Origin: Pristiophorus japonicus
Lineage: Eukaryota
Reading direction: 5' to 3'
DNA length: 64,000 bases
Assembly: GCF_044704955.1 (NCBI RefSeq)
Contig: NC_091988.1
Span: 112,840,001 to 112,904,000 of the forward strand
The translations under genes and the position numbers were made by a program. Below are positions 50,871 through 64,000 of the stretch, in pieces (the stretch's first letter is position 1; each line of letters starts with the position of its first letter). The notes below the pieces were generated by a model. It searched no databases. It was not told where the DNA came from and was given only the letters and a program-made list of their open reading frames with translations.

Positions 50871-51425
50871 TCATCATCATTGGCAGTCTCTCGAAGCGAA
50901 GATGACTTGCTTCCACGCCAAAAAGGAATGAGTTCACAGGTGTTTCAATGAAGGACCTAATATTCTAGATCCCGAACTACATCCTGAAGGGCGGAAGATG
51001 CCTGTGCATGGATTTTTTTTTTTTTTTTTTTTTTTTAAACGTGTGGTGGCCGTTACACACCAGCCACCACATGGGCTTGACAGAGTTGGGTCTTGGTCCA
51101 GTGGCAGGGGTTATCCAAGACGACTGGAGACCTGCTCTGCTGCACGGACCTAGCGCGCGCACATATCGCAGTGTGGGCTGGCCCGTGCTGCCTCTGGGCC
51201 CTCGCCTCTTCTGAGCCCCAAACTCTCGCCTCTCCTGGGCCCCGGTCACTTCCTTCTACAGACTCTTGCCGCTCCTTCGCCTCTCCTGCTGCGCCTGCCC
51301 GCACTTCAATCAGCGACCTGGCTTCGCAGCCGTTGCCCTCCTGCAACAGCACGCGCTGCTCCCTGCAGTGGTATGCCAACGCACGCTGCTCCCTCCAATG
51401 GCCCCGGCCTGCTGATGGTCTTGCA
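50871..51425 (-). mobile_element. Bipartite RTE element, longest copy (extended GC-rich 5' part)
   Basis: (CAT)n tail; homologous to 3618-3967 plus about 200 extra 5' nt. Confidence 0.8.
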
Positions 51426-51664
51426 CCATCCAACCATTAGCTGTAACCATAACAGGACCATCCCCAACACAAACTGTCTGTACTACAGAGAAATAAAAAG
51501 CTGAACATTTATCAGGTGATGGTTACTGAGCAATGTGCTTCGACTACCTCCCACCACGACTCCTCTACGGTCTGCTTCTCCTATTGCCTAACCTGTTGCT
51601 ACATGACCGACAGGGAAAGGCAGGATTACAGAAGAAGTTCGCTGAGTATTGGGGCAAGTGCACA

Positions 51665-51900
51665 GAAAGATACAATGAACTTGAATTTATACAGCATCTT
51701 TCACGTTCTCAGGACATCCAAAAGCACTTCACAGCCAAATAAAGAACTTTTGCAGTGCCGTCACTTATGTTATGAAGGCAAAAGGCGACAGCCAATTTGC
51801 ACACAGCAAGGTCTCCCAAACAGCAATGAGTTAAATGTCTAGTTAATCTATTTTTGCGGGGTTGGTTGAGGGATCAATGATACAGGACACAGAGGAGACC
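51665..51900 (-). mobile_element. Deu-domain SINE 3' half
   Basis: Homologous to 4270-4500. Confidence 0.65.
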
Positions 51901-52657
51901 TGTCAGCCTGCAGACCAAGTGATGGACCAGCAGTTGTAGCACATGCTAATCCTACTGGTAGAAGAGTGGAGAGGGGACTTCATGGTCGGTTACAATTCCA
52001 ATTTTAACTCTTTTGGGGTCCACAGTAGTCCCAATTATAATAATCAGTGGACAGCCCAAAATAGTCTTTCAATCTGATACGAAAAGTACAGAGTGGCTGC
52101 AATCAGCTTTGCCATTTGTGGAACTGGCAGGAATGGAAACTGTACAGGAGCATTTGTATCGATTATTAAACTCCAGTCTTAAATTACCTGTTCAGTAGAT
52201 TAATTGATCTTTTGTCAGCTCCTGTAGGTGGTCAGTAGCAGGCAATTAAAGACAGTTTAATAACTCACAATTGTCACAGATTTCACAATTTCCAATTTCC
52301 GTTACACTAATGATGCCTATCCACTGAGAGAGGGTTGGGTGGGGTGGGGGAGAAACTTGTTTCAGTCTGTAATTTGCGCACAGGACTTGCTGACTGCTGT
52401 TTATTGAAAGACTGGGGACCACGCCACCCATTGCATTAACTGGGCTTTGCTGGTGGAGTGGAGTTGATTGCAAGGGAAGTCTCCCTCAGAGGCCGCAGGA
52501 TCGAGGTGTGGCAAATGTCACACTGGTGCAGTAGTTTGCTGCTGGAGCTCAGGTACATTGTTGGGGCAGTGTAGACGGAACTTTATTCTTTATCTAACCA
52601 CGGACTTGGGAGCGTTTGATCCGGAGACTGGCAGCTGAAATAGGGAAACGTTGCATT

Positions 52658-53740
52658 TCATAAGAAATAGGAGCAGGAGGCCATAAGGTCCCTCAAGCCT
52701 GCTCCACCATTCGATCAAGGCTGATTCGATCATGGATTCAGCTCCACTTCCCCGCCCGCTCCCCATAACCCCTCATCCCTTTATCGGTTAAGATACTGTC
52801 TATCTTCTCTTAAATTTATTCAATGTCCCAGCTTCCACAGCTCTCTGAGGCAGTGAATTCCACAGATTTACAACCCTCTAAGGAGAAGAAATTTCTCCTC
52901 ATCTCAGTTTAAATGGGCGGCCCCTTATTCTAAGATCATGCCCTCTAGTTCTAATCTCCCCTATCAGTGGAAACATCCTCTCTGCATCCACCTGGTCAAG
53001 CCCCCGCATAATCTTTTATATTTCTATAAGATCACCTCTCATTGTTCTGAATTCCAATGAGTAGAGGCCCAACCTACTCAACCTTTCCTCATAAGTCAAC
53101 CCCCTCATCTCCAGGATCAACATAGTGAACCTTCTCTGAACTGCCTCCAAAGCAAGTATATCCTTTCATAACTATGGAAACCAAAACTGCATGCAGTATT
53201 CCAGGTGTGGCCTCACCAATATCCTGTACATTTGTAACAAGACTTTCCTGCTTTTATACTCCTTCCCCTTTGCAATAAAGGTCAAGATACCATTGGCCTT
53301 CCTGATCACTTGCTGTACCTGTATAATATCCTTTTGTGTTTCATGCATAAGTACCCCCAGGTCCTGCTGAACTGCAGCACTTTGCAATCTTTCTCCATTT
53401 AAATAATAACTTGCTCTTTGATTTTTTTTCTGCCAAAGTGCATGACCTCACACTTTTCAACATTATGCTCCATCTGCCAAATTCTTGCCCACTCACTTAG
53501 CCTGTATGTCCTTTTGCAGCCTCTTTATGTCCTCCTCACATATTGCCCTTCCTCACCTTTGTATCGTCAGCAAACTTGGCTACGTTACACTCGGTCCCTT
53601 CTTCCAAGTCATGAATATAGTTGGGGTCCCAGCACTGATCCCTGAGGCACCCCACTGGTTACTGATTGCCAACCCGAGAATGAACCATTTATCCCGACTC
53701 TCTCTTTTCTGTTTGTCAGCCAATCTTCTATTCATGCTTC
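52658..53740 (-). mobile_element. CR1 family A, 5'-truncated
   Basis: QQDLGVLMHETQK..LVRPHLEYC and tail. Confidence 0.9.
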
Positions 53741-55129
53741 ATCCTTCATCTTGACGGATATAAAAATTTACAAAAATAAACAACAGGAAGATTAATTGCG
53801 TTGGCAGCGTAATTGATTGGGATAGTTAAGTTGTTACATCAACACCAGCAGGGAAGAGAAGGAACCAGAAACACAAATTCCTGGACAAACCAAAACGGCA
53901 GAAATTGTTTTTCTCTACAATTCTCCATACATGGCTGCTAACAAAAATTGCATAGGTGTTGGGGGAGGTCAGGATCGAGCTCATCGTGATCACCCTCCCC
54001 AGTGTGGTCAGGATCGAGCTCATGTCGACAGTCAGTCCTTTCTCGCTATTATCTCACTGACGGTGACCATACTAACTATTATAGAAAGCCTGGAGGATGA
54101 CAAACACTATTCTGTTCTGAGACCACATCTGTTCCTTGTGCCACAAGACAAGAACATGCCAAACCTGCACCAGCTCTCCAATTGGACTGCAAAAAGACGC
54201 AGTGTTGCTGCTGGATTACAGAATGACATCACTTTTGTGTTCAGCACCGTGCAGTGTAGAAGTGGCCAGTTTGAAGTCGCTACAATATCCCTTACATGCC
54301 CAGCACTTGCTGCCTTTCATCTCCTCCACAACACTTCTGATGGGCTGCACACATGCAGCAGTAAATGGAGTGCTCTGCCAGGACCCGGTATCTAGCTTTT
54401 CTCTGAAAACCAGCAGCACCTCACTGCAAACTTTATACACAGAATTACTTCATCATGGTTACTCATACAAGAGGAAGCACTCGCTTAGTGGCAGCAGCAC
54501 CAGTGTACTGGCTGTTGTCCATATGCAACCGAATGCTGCCAGAACTCTCGAGCCTGTAATCGAGCAAATTTTTTCTGTGAGTGGTGCTCTGTCTCAGCTA
54601 AAACGGGGACGTGCTGAGAGACTACACAGGGCAGTCAGGCTCGGCACCATGTGGTGATCTTTAAGGGGTATCTTTGCTCTTTTCGCAAATAAAGGTTACT
54701 TGCGGAAAATAACTGACCCAAGTCAAAGTGCTTGGTTTGCACCGATTTGGATCGGATTGGCCGTTCAATATGGATCCATTAGTGTTTACAAAAGGAGATT
54801 AATGAAGGGGAAAAACCTGGAGATAAATACAAACAGAGAATTAAAATAGATAAAGTAATGTGATTGAAGCCAGACAAATCTCCAGGTATCAGACAGTTCC
54901 CACCCAAGCGTATTAAAAGGAAACAGGGGTACATCAGTTCTAATCTTCCACAGGGCACAGGAATTGGGCACGGTACCAAAGGATGGGAATGTCGCAAACA
55001 TTACACCTTTATCTATCAATTCCTCTCTTGCAAATAACAGTGGGTTTAACGTTACAGTAAAAAAAAAGTGCTCGAGTTCATCATCATGGACAGAGGAAGT
55101 GAGCAGTGGGAAAGATATACAACTAACGG

Positions 55130-58100
55130 GAGGAGGAGACTCCGTGAACATGACCACCCTCAATGATGGCGGAGCCCAGCACGTGAGTGCAAAAGACAAG
55201 GCTGAAGCATTCACAACCATCTTCAGCCAGAAGTGCTGAGTGGATTATCCATATCGGCTCCTCCTGAGGTCCTCACCATCACAGAAGCCAGTCTTCAACC
55301 AATTCGATTCACTCCACGTGAAATCAAGAAGCGGCTGAGAGCACTGGATACAGCAAAGACCATGGGCCCCGACAACATCCCAGCTGTCGTGAAGAGTTGT
55401 GCTCCAGAACTAGCTGCGCCTCTAGCCAAGCTGTTCCAGTACAGCTGCAACACTGGCATCTACCTGACAAAAGTGGAAAACTGCCCAGGTATGTCCTGTC
55501 CACAAAAAGCAGGACAAAGCCAATCCGGTTAATTACCGCCTCATCAGTCTACTCCCAATCATCAGCAAAGTGATGGAAGGTGTCATCAACAGTGCTATCA
55601 AGCGGTACTTACTCACTGATGCTCAGTTTGGGTTCTGCCAGGATCACTCGGCTCCTGACCTCATTACAGCCAGGTCCAAACATGGACAAAAGAACTGAAT
55701 AGCAGAGGTGAGATGAGAGCGACTGCCCTTGACATCAAGAAAACTATCCACTGGCTAGAGTCATACCTAGCACAAAGGAAGATGGGTGTGGTTGTTGGAA
55801 GTCAAGAAAGATAATGGGACATTATAAGATAATGTTGATGTTACTCAGTAAGATAATGGGCCCAAGTTTCCACACGATAAAAAAATGGGCGCCCCTCCGA
55901 GCTGGGCGCCCGTTTTTCGCGCCTAAAACGGCGCCTAAAAAAAACCTCGCAATTCTGGAGCGTTCTGCAGCTCCTTGTCTGCCTGGCACGGCACCCAGGT
56001 GGGCGGAGCCTACACTCGCGCCGATTTTGTAAGTGGGAGGTGGCGGGTACTATTTAAATTAGTTTTTTTTCCTGCCGGCAACGCTGCGTGTGCGCGTTGG
56101 AGCGTTCGCACATGCTCAGTGTGAAAAAAACATTGACACTCGGCCATTTTTGTAGTTCTTTGTAGCTGTTTAATTTTTGAATATTTTTAAAAATAAAAGC
56201 ACATTAGCACTTGCAGCTTTCTCACTGTCACCTTCCCCCCTCCCCCGCGGGAACGAACGGCTGTTTAACCCCCCCCCCCCCCCCCCCGCGGGAACGAAAT
56301 GGCTGTTTAATTCCCCCCCCCACGCGGGAACGAACAGCTGTTTAACCCCCCCCCCCCGCGGGAACGAACAGCTGTTTAATTCCCCCCCCCCCGCGGGAAC
56401 GAACAGCTGTTTAATTCCCCCCCCCCGCGGGAACGAACAGCTGTTTAATTCCCCCCCCCCCCCCCGCGGGAACGAACAGCTGTTTAATTCCCCCCCCCCC
56501 CCCCGCGGGAACGAACAGCTGTTTAATTCCCCCCCCCCCCGCGGGAACGAACAGCTGTTTAATTCCCCCCCCCCGCGGGAACGAACAGCTGTTTAATTCC
56601 CCCCCCCCCCCCCGCGGGAACGAACAGCTGTTTAATTCCCCCCCCCCCCCCGCGGGAACGAACAGCTGTTTAATTCCCCCCCCCCCGCGGGAACGAACAG
56701 CTGTTTAATTCCCCCCCCCCCCCCCCGCGGGAATGAACGGCTGCAGAATCCTCCATGCATGAAGCACTTTCACACAGGTAGGAAGATGGTTTATTTAATC
56801 TTTTCTTTGCTTATAAATATTTATTCAGGTTGGATTTATTTGTATAATATTTGTAGAAGTATAAATAAGGATTTATTGTAGAATTTAATGACTTCCCTTC
56901 CCCCCCCACCTCGTTCTGGACGCCTAATTTTTTAATGTGTAGAACAGGTTTTTTCAGTTCTACAAAAATCTTCACTGGCTCCATTCTACTTTAGTTTGGA
57001 GTACGTTTTCACTGTGGAAACTTTCAAATCAGGCGTCAGTGGCCGGACACGCCCCCTTTTGAAGAAAAAATTCTGTTCCAAAGTAGAACTGTTCTACCTG
57101 ATTGGAACTGCAGAAAAAAAAATGTGGAGAATTGCGATTTCTAAGATAGTCCGTTCTCCACCATTGCTCCTAAAAATCAGGCGCAAATCATGTGGAAACT
57201 TGGGCCCAATGGGACTAAAGGCAGATAAATCCCCTGGACCTGATGGCTTGCATCCTAGGGTCTTAAGAGAAGTAGCGGCAGGGATTGTGGATGCATTGGT
57301 TGTAATTTACCAAAATTCCCTGGATTCTGGGACAGTCCCAGCAGATTGGAAAACTGCAAATGTAACACCCCTATTTAAAAAAGGAGGCAGACAAAAAGCA
57401 GGAAACTATAGACCAGTTAGCCTAATGTCTGTGGTTGGGAAAATGTTGCGAGTCCATTATCAAAGAAGCAGTAGCAGGACATTTGGAAAAGCAAAATTCA
57501 GTCAGGCAGAGTCAGCATGGATTTATGAAAGGGAAGTCATGTTTGACAAATTTGCTGGAGTCCTTCGAGGATGTAATGAACAGGGTGGATCAAGGGGAAC
57601 CAGTATATGTGGTGCATTTGGACTTCCTGAAGGCATTTGACAAGGTGCCACATAAAAGGTTACTACACAAGATAAAAGTTCACGGGGTTGGGGGTAATAT
57701 ATTAACATGGAAAGAGGATTGGCTAACTAACAGAAAACAGAGAGTCGGGATAAATGGTTAATTCTCTGGTTGGCAACCAGTAACTAGTGGGTGCCGCAGG
57801 GATCAGTGCTGGGACCCCAACTATTTACAATCTATATTAACGACTTGGAAGAAAGGACTGAGTGTAACGTAGCCAAGTTTGCTGACGATACAAGGAAAAG
57901 CAATGTGTGAGGAGGACACAAAAAATCTGCAAAAGGACATAGACAGGCTAAGTGAGTGGGCAAAAATTTGGCAGATGGAGTATAATGTTGCAAGTGTGAG
58001 GTCATGCACTTTGGCAGAAAAAAAATCAAAGAGCAAGTTATTATTTAAATGGAGAAAGATTGCAAAGTGCCGAAGTACAGCGGGACCTGGGGGTACTTAT

Positions 58101-59790
58101 GCATGAAACACAAAAGGATAGTACGCAGGTACAGCAAGTGATCAGGAAAGCCAATGGTATCTTGGCCTTTATTGCAAAGGGGATGGAGTATAAAAGTAGG
58201 GAAGTCCTGCTACAGTTACATAGGGTATTGGTGAGGCCACACCTGGAATACTGCGTGCAGTTTTGGTTTCCACATTTACGAAAGGATATACTTGCTTTGG
58301 AGGCAGTTCAGAGAAGGTTCACTCGGTTGATTCTGGGGATGAGGGGGTTGACTTATGAGGAAAGGTTGAGTAGGTTGGACCTCTACTCATTGGAATTCAG
58401 AAGAATGAAAGGTGATCTTATTGAAACGTATTAGATTATGAGGGGGCTTGACAAGGTGGATGCAGAGAGGATGTTTCCGCTGATGGGGGAGACTAGAACT
58501 AGAGGGCATGATCTTAGAATAAGGGGCCGCCCTTTTAAAACAGAGATGAAGAGAAATTTCTTCTCTGAGGGTTGCAATCTGTGGAATTCGCTGCCTCAGA
58601 GAGCTGTGGAAGATGGGACATTGAATAAATTTAAGACAGAAATAGACAGATTCTTAAACAATAAGGGAAAAAGGGGTTATGGAGAGCGGACGGGAAAGTG
58701 GAGCTGAGTCCATGATCAGATCAGCCATGATCTTATTGAATGGCGGAGCAGGCTCGAGGGGCCGTATGGCCTACTCCTGTTCCTATTTTTTATGTTATTA
58801 TGTTTTAATCATCTCAGCCCCAGGACATTGCTACAGGAGTTCCTCAGGGCAGTGTCCTAGACCAAACCATTTTCAGCTGCTTCATCAATGACCTTCCCTC
58901 CCTCATAAGGTCAGAAGTGGGGATATTCACTGATGATTGCAGTGTTCAGTTCCATTCGTAATTTCTCAGATCTTGAAGCAGTCCATGCTCGCATGCAGCA
59001 AGACCTGGACAACATTCAGGCTTGGGCTGATCAGTGGCAAGTAACATTCACGCCACACAAGCGCCAGGCTATGACCATCTCCAACAAGCGAGTGTCGAAC
59101 CACCTCCCCATGACATTCAATGGCATTACAATCGTCGAATCCCCAATCAACATCCTGGGAGTCACCATAAACCAGAAACTTAACTGGACCAGCCACATAA
59201 ATACTGTGGCAACAAGAACAGATCGGAGGCTGGGTATTCTGCGATAAGTCACTCACCTCCTGACCTTTTCACTATCTCCAAGGCACAAGTTAGGAGTGTG
59301 ATGGAATACTCTCCACTTGCCTGGATGAGTGCAGCTCCAACAACACTCAAAAAGCTCGATACCATCCAGGACAAAACAGCCCGTTTGATTGGCACCCCAG
59401 CCACCACCCTCAACATTTATTCCTCCACCACCGTGGCTGCAGTGTGTACCATCTACAAGATGCAATGCAGCAACTCGCCAAAGCTTCTTCGACAGCACCT
59501 CCCAAACCTGCGACCTCTATTACCTAGAAGGACAAAGGCAGCAGGCGCATGGGAACCCCACCGCCTCTACATTCCCCGCCAAGTTATACACTATGCTGAC
59601 TTGGAAATATATCGCCATTCCTTCATTGTCACGGAGTCAAAATCCTGGAACTCCCTCCCTCAGCACTGTGGGAGTACCTTCACCACACAGACTGCAGCGG
59701 TTCAAAGAGGCTCACCACCATCTTCTCAAGGGCAATTAGGGATGGGCAATAAATGCCGGCCTTGCTAGCGACGCCCACATCCACTGAATG
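55130..59790 (+). mobile_element. CR1 family B split (55130-55805 and 58807-59790) by a CR1 family A copy (about 55806-58806), itself split by a Harbinger element
   Basis: Family B breaks at ...GTTGGAAGTCAA and resumes at TCATCTCAGCCCCAGG. Family A RT motifs lie at 57211-58806. Confidence 0.88.
55858..57207. mobile_element. Non-autonomous Harbinger-type element, 3-bp TSD AAT
   Basis: TIR GGGCCCAAGTTTCCAC / GTGGAAACTTGGGCCC; AAT at 55855-55857 and 57208-57210; about 14 internal (C)nGCGGGAACGAACAGCTGTTTAATT units at 56240-56745. Confidence 0.9.
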
Positions 59791-60395
59791 ACTTTGAAGT
59801 GTAGTGACTTGGGGGGTATGTAGACAATAAACAGTAAGCATTTCACTGATCTAGCCGTGAAGTGTGCAAAGCTTAATGTCCAATGAAGATATTTCAGGAG
59901 GGGCTTTAAAGAGAGTTAATAAGGGGGAGGAGACTGAACTTCTTGTAATTTTGCCATTGCTTCTGTCGGAGTTTTGTTCAATCACTAACATTTTAGCCCG
60001 TCTTCATAAAATAAACTGTCAGGAAACACAGAGTAATGAACCCAGATCTCAGGTTTATCTCACCCAGAGATTGTTTTGATTGCTCTATAACCAGGACTTA
60101 ATCAGCAACTGCTTTTACGGGCTGACTTTTGTAAACATCTTTAAATAGAAGAGTAAAACATGAGAAATGGTGGTCAACACTCTCCATCTGCCCCGTTCAC
60201 TCACGTCTGCCTATCCAGAAAACCACAGAGTAAAACACACCCCTGAAAAGGCTGAGATTTACTTTCTTGGAAATAACATTGAGCAGTACAATATATCGAA
60301 TACTTTCTCTAACTAACCCATGAACTTGACCATTTAAAGTGTCACAGCAAGACTCAACAATTCTCTTGTTCAACCCTTGCCCCACTATTTCTTAC

Positions 60396-60480
60396 CCCTG
60401 AAAATCAGAGTCCACCAGGATTCGGACAAGAACTCCCGTCACAGCTACAAGGATTGGATAATGATCCACGCTCTCCAAAC
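60396..60480 (-). CDS. RNF123: Internal coding exon of E3 ubiquitin ligase RNF123 (KPC1), C-terminal region upstream of the RING
   Basis: On the minus strand, acceptor tttttcttcctcctacctgcag precedes an 85-nt exon (phase 1 in, phase 2 out), followed by donor gtaaga. It translates to (G)LESVDHYPILVAVTGVLVRILVDSDFQ(G), matching from memory the vertebrate RNF123 segment GLESVDHYPILVAVTGILVQLLV. Too short for the ORF track. Confidence 0.9.
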
Positions 60481-60809
60481 CTGCAGGTAGGAGGAAGAAA
60501 AAGATCAGAAACAGTACATTAATTTCTCCCTTTTACTGAGATCCCAGCCTTTAACATACTACACACATTTACATCAACGGAAACATCAGGGCCTAACACG
60601 AATCGGGACTGGGCCGCAAAGGCAGCCTCTAAGCCAGTCTGTAAGCCGCAGTGTGATTCTAAGTTATTCCGCTGTTGAGGTAAAATACTTCTTGCAGAAT
60701 TTTACACTGGGCTATATCTCACTTTAATCGTTGCTTCCAATGTCTTTGCAAGGGCATGTGACTACAGTAGCATGTTTTAATATATTAACACACTGGTGTA
60801 GTAGTCAGT

Positions 60810-61350
60810 AACAACACTTGCAATTCCATAGTGCTTTTAACATAGTAAAATGTCCCAAGGCACTTCACACAAGTATAATCAGACAAAATCTAACATGAGC
60901 CATATAAGGAGATATTATGACAGGTGACCAGAAGCTTGCTCAAAGAGGTAGGTTTTAAGGAACATCTTAAAAGGAGGAAAGAGAGGTGGAGAGGTTTGGA
61001 GAAGGAATTCCAGAGCTTGGGATCTAGACCACTGAAGGCGTGGCTGGCAATGGTGCGACGTCTTGAGGTCGCGAAAGGCGCTATATAAGTGAAAGTCTTT
61101 CTTTGTCACAAGGATTTGAAGAATTGAATTGAAGAATTTTAAACGTGAAGCGTTCATAGACCGGGAGCCAGTGTAGGTCGACGCACAGGGATGCTGAGTG
61201 AATGGGCCTTGGTGCAAGTTAGTACACGGGCAGCAGAGTTTTGGATGAGCTCAAGAGTATGAAGGATAGAAGATGGGAGGCCTTTCAGGAGAGCAGTGGA
61301 AGGTAGTCAGACATGGAGGTAACAAAAGCACAGATGAAGGTGAGCAATGG
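60810..61350 (-). mobile_element. L2-like LINE 3' fragment with a small Deu-SINE tail piece (~61055-61105)
   Basis: Homologous to 12285-12710; contains GAAAGGCGCTATATAAG. Confidence 0.65.
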
Positions 61351-61943
61351 CAACAAGTGGGGGGGGGGGGGGGAACTGGACAGATCTTTAAATGTCATCA
61401 AAATCCTGTAAATGATAAACAGCTTGTCGAGTGTTACAGTGGAATGGATCAGGGTGGGGCTCTCAACCAATCTGGGCTCAGCAAAGGTACCCTGCTACGT
61501 GACAGGGTGGGAGATTACGTTGGGCGTTTAGTTGGGCATGTGATCACTTGACCTGTCCCTGAGACAAAAGTATAATCCTCAAGGAGACAGGGAAAGATTT
61601 CTAATTATTACTGAGGTGCAAAATGAGGGACCATTTACAAATCTATGCTCCGGAAAGAATACCAGAAGTGGATGAGAAGTCTCTTTTTCACCACTCGCAC
61701 CAACTGTCCTTTAGAAGGCACAAACTCATAGGAACAGGAGCTGGCGATTCAGCCACTCGAGCCTGTTCTGCCATTTAATTAGATCATGGCTGATCTGTGT
61801 CCCAACTCCATTTACATGCACTTGTTCCATATCCCTTGATACCCTTACCTAACAAAAATGTGTTCAACTCAGTCTTGAAAACAATTGTCTCAGCAATGCA
61901 CATTGCTGGGTATGGGTTCACTGAACTCACCAAGGTAATGAAC

Positions 61944-62503
61944 CATCATCATCATCATCATAGGCAGTCCCTCGGAATCGAGGAAGACTTGCTTCCACTC
62001 TGAAGTGAGTTCTTAGGTGGCTGAACAGTCCAATACGAGAACCACAGTCTCTGTCACAGGTGGGGCAGATAGTCGTTGAGGGAAGGGGTGGGTGGGACTG
62101 GTTTGCCGCACGCTCCTTCCGCTGCCTGTGCTTGATTTCTGCATGCTCTCGGCGACGAGACTCGAGGTGCTCAGCGCCCTCCCGTATGCGCTTCCTCCAC
62201 TTAGGGCGGTCTTTGGCCAGGGACTCCCAGGTGTCGATGGGGATGTTGCACTTTATCAGGGAGGCTTTGAGGGTGTCCTTGTAACCTTTCCGCTGCCCAC
62301 CTTTGGCTCGCTTGCCGTGAAGGAGTTCCGAATAGAGCGCTTGCTTTGGGAGTCTCGTGTCTGGCATGCGGACTATGTGGCCCACCCAGCGGAGCTGATC
62401 AAGTGTGGTCAGTGGTTTAATGTTGGGGATGTTGGCCTGGTCGAGGACGCTAATGTTGGTGCGTCTGTCCTCCCAGGGGATGTGTAGGATCTTGCGGAGA
62501 CAT
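61944..62503 (-). mobile_element. RTE LINE 3' end, well preserved, with (ATG)n tail
   Basis: Open 152-aa frame GHIVRMPDTRLPKQALYSEL...CPTCDRDCGSRIGLFSHLRTH. Confidence 0.92.
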
Positions 62504-62724
62504 TAGACCACTATTTGACTGAAAGGTGCATCATAGCCAGTGCTGAATCTATATTCATCCCAAATCTTTATATTTAATCAGCAGCAGAGAGCAATCAAAC
62601 TCCGGTTCCCTTCACAGCCCAGGGATGTTGAAGACACCACCATCAACTAAAGTCAGCACGGACTGGGGATCAAACTGGACCCCTTCCTGATCAATACGAC
62701 TCAGGAGTGCAGGCAGCAGAGATA

Positions 62725-64000
62725 TTCAGTGAAACATTAGGGACCAGAAAGGAGACCTACGCATGGTGGCAGAGGTACTAATTGAGTACTTTGCATCTGT
62801 CTTCACCAAGAAAGAGGATGCTACCACAGAGATAGTGAAGGAGGAGGTAGTGGAGACACTTGATAGGATAAAAATTGATAATAAAGATGCATTAGAAAGG
62901 CTGGCTGTATTTAAAGTAGATAAATCACCAGGAGCGGATGGGATGCATCCTAGGATGCTGAGGGAATTGAGGACGGAAATCGCGGCGGGACTGGCCATAA
63001 TCTTCCAATCCTCCATAGATACAGGAGTGGTGCCAGAGGACTGGAGAAGCAAAAGTTACACCCATGTTCAAAAAAGGGTGTAAAGATAAACCCAACAACC
63101 ACAGGACAGTCAGTTTAACCTCGGTAGTGGGGAAGCTTTTAGAAACAGTGATCAGGGACAAAATTGTCACTTGGACAAGTGTGGATTCATTAAGGAAAGC
63201 CAGCACGAATTTGTTAAAGGCAAATTGTGTTTGACCAACTTGATCCGAGTTTTTTGATGAGGTAACAGAGAGGGTTGATGAGGGTAATGGGGTTGATGTG
63301 GTGTACATGGATTTCCAAAAGGCGTTCGATAAAGTGCCACATAACAGGTTTGCCAGCAAAGTTGAAGCCCATGGAATAAAAGGGACAATGGCAGCCTGGA
63401 TATGGAATTGGCTCAGTGAGAGGAAGCAGAGAGTAGTGGTGAACGGTTGTTTTTCAAACTGGAGGAAGGTATACAGTGGTGTTCCCCAGGGTCGGTACTG
63501 GGACCACTGCTTTTCTTGACATATATTAATAACTTGGACTTGGGTGTACAGGGCACAATTTCAAAATTTACAGATGATTCAAAACTTGAAAGTATAGTGA
63601 ACAGTGAGGAGGATAGTGATAGACTTCAGGAAGACATAGACAGGCTGGTGGGATCACCGGACACGTGGCGAATTTAACGCAGAAAAGTGCAAAATGATAC
63701 ATTTCAGCAGAAAGAATGAGAGGAAAGGAAATATAAACTAAATGGTACAATCCTAAAGGGGTGCATGAACAGAGAGACTGGGGGGGGGGGGTATGTGTGC
63801 ATAAATTATTGAAGGTAGCAGGGCAGGTTGAGGAAGCAGTTAAAAAAGCATACGGGATCCTGGGCTTCATAAATAGAGGTATAGAGTACAAAAGTGTGGA
63901 AATGATGATGAACCTGTATAAAACACTGGTTCGGCCCCAACTGGAGTATTGTGTACAATTCTGGGCACCACACTTCAGAGAGGATGCAGAAAAGATTTAT
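62725..64000 (+). mobile_element. CR1 RT fragment running off the window end
   Basis: KSPGADGMHPRML, VYMDFQKAFDKVPH, GSVLGPLLF. Confidence 0.9.

Noticed and set aside
53967-54023. 18-bp direct repeat GGTCAGGATCGAGCTCAT with a 21-nt spacer
   Set aside because: Only two copies; consistent with a simple local duplication.
56240-56745. CRISPR-like alternation of a constant repeat and variable spacers
   Set aside because: The spacers are only poly-C runs, the array lies inside a TIR element, there are no cas genes and the context is eukaryotic.

Overview
Repeat-dense eukaryotic DNA, most likely from a cartilaginous fish. This is inferred from the repeat mix: abundant CR1, L2 and RTE LINEs, Deu-domain SINEs, and Harbinger and Tc1/mariner MITEs. 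The only host coding sequence I can support is an 85-nt minus-strand exon at 60396-60480, encoding (G)LESVDHYPILVAVTGVLVRILVDSDFQ(G), which matches a late exon of the E3 ligase RNF123/KPC1. The next RNF123 exon is not in the window, so positions 1-60395 appear to be part of one intron of more than 60 kb. The main feature inside it is a 6.5-kb endogenous retrovirus at 33426-39934, antisense to the host gene. It has two LTRs, a 4-bp CATC target duplication, a tRNA-Ser PBS, disrupted gag and a pol reading frame with only two stops (RNase H-integrase still open for 718 aa). Its env has lost the middle, and its gag-pol recoding site is ambiguous. Also present: a decayed Harbinger Myb/SANT gene, two Harbinger-type elements with internal poly-C/G tandem arrays, several short internally deleted RTE elements, nested LINE insertions, minisatellites and several repeat-free, motif-rich islands that may be conserved non-coding elements. 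Repeat boundaries were read by eye and are approximate. I found no CRISPR array, rRNA or intact tRNA gene, and no clear evidence of a wholly new biological system.
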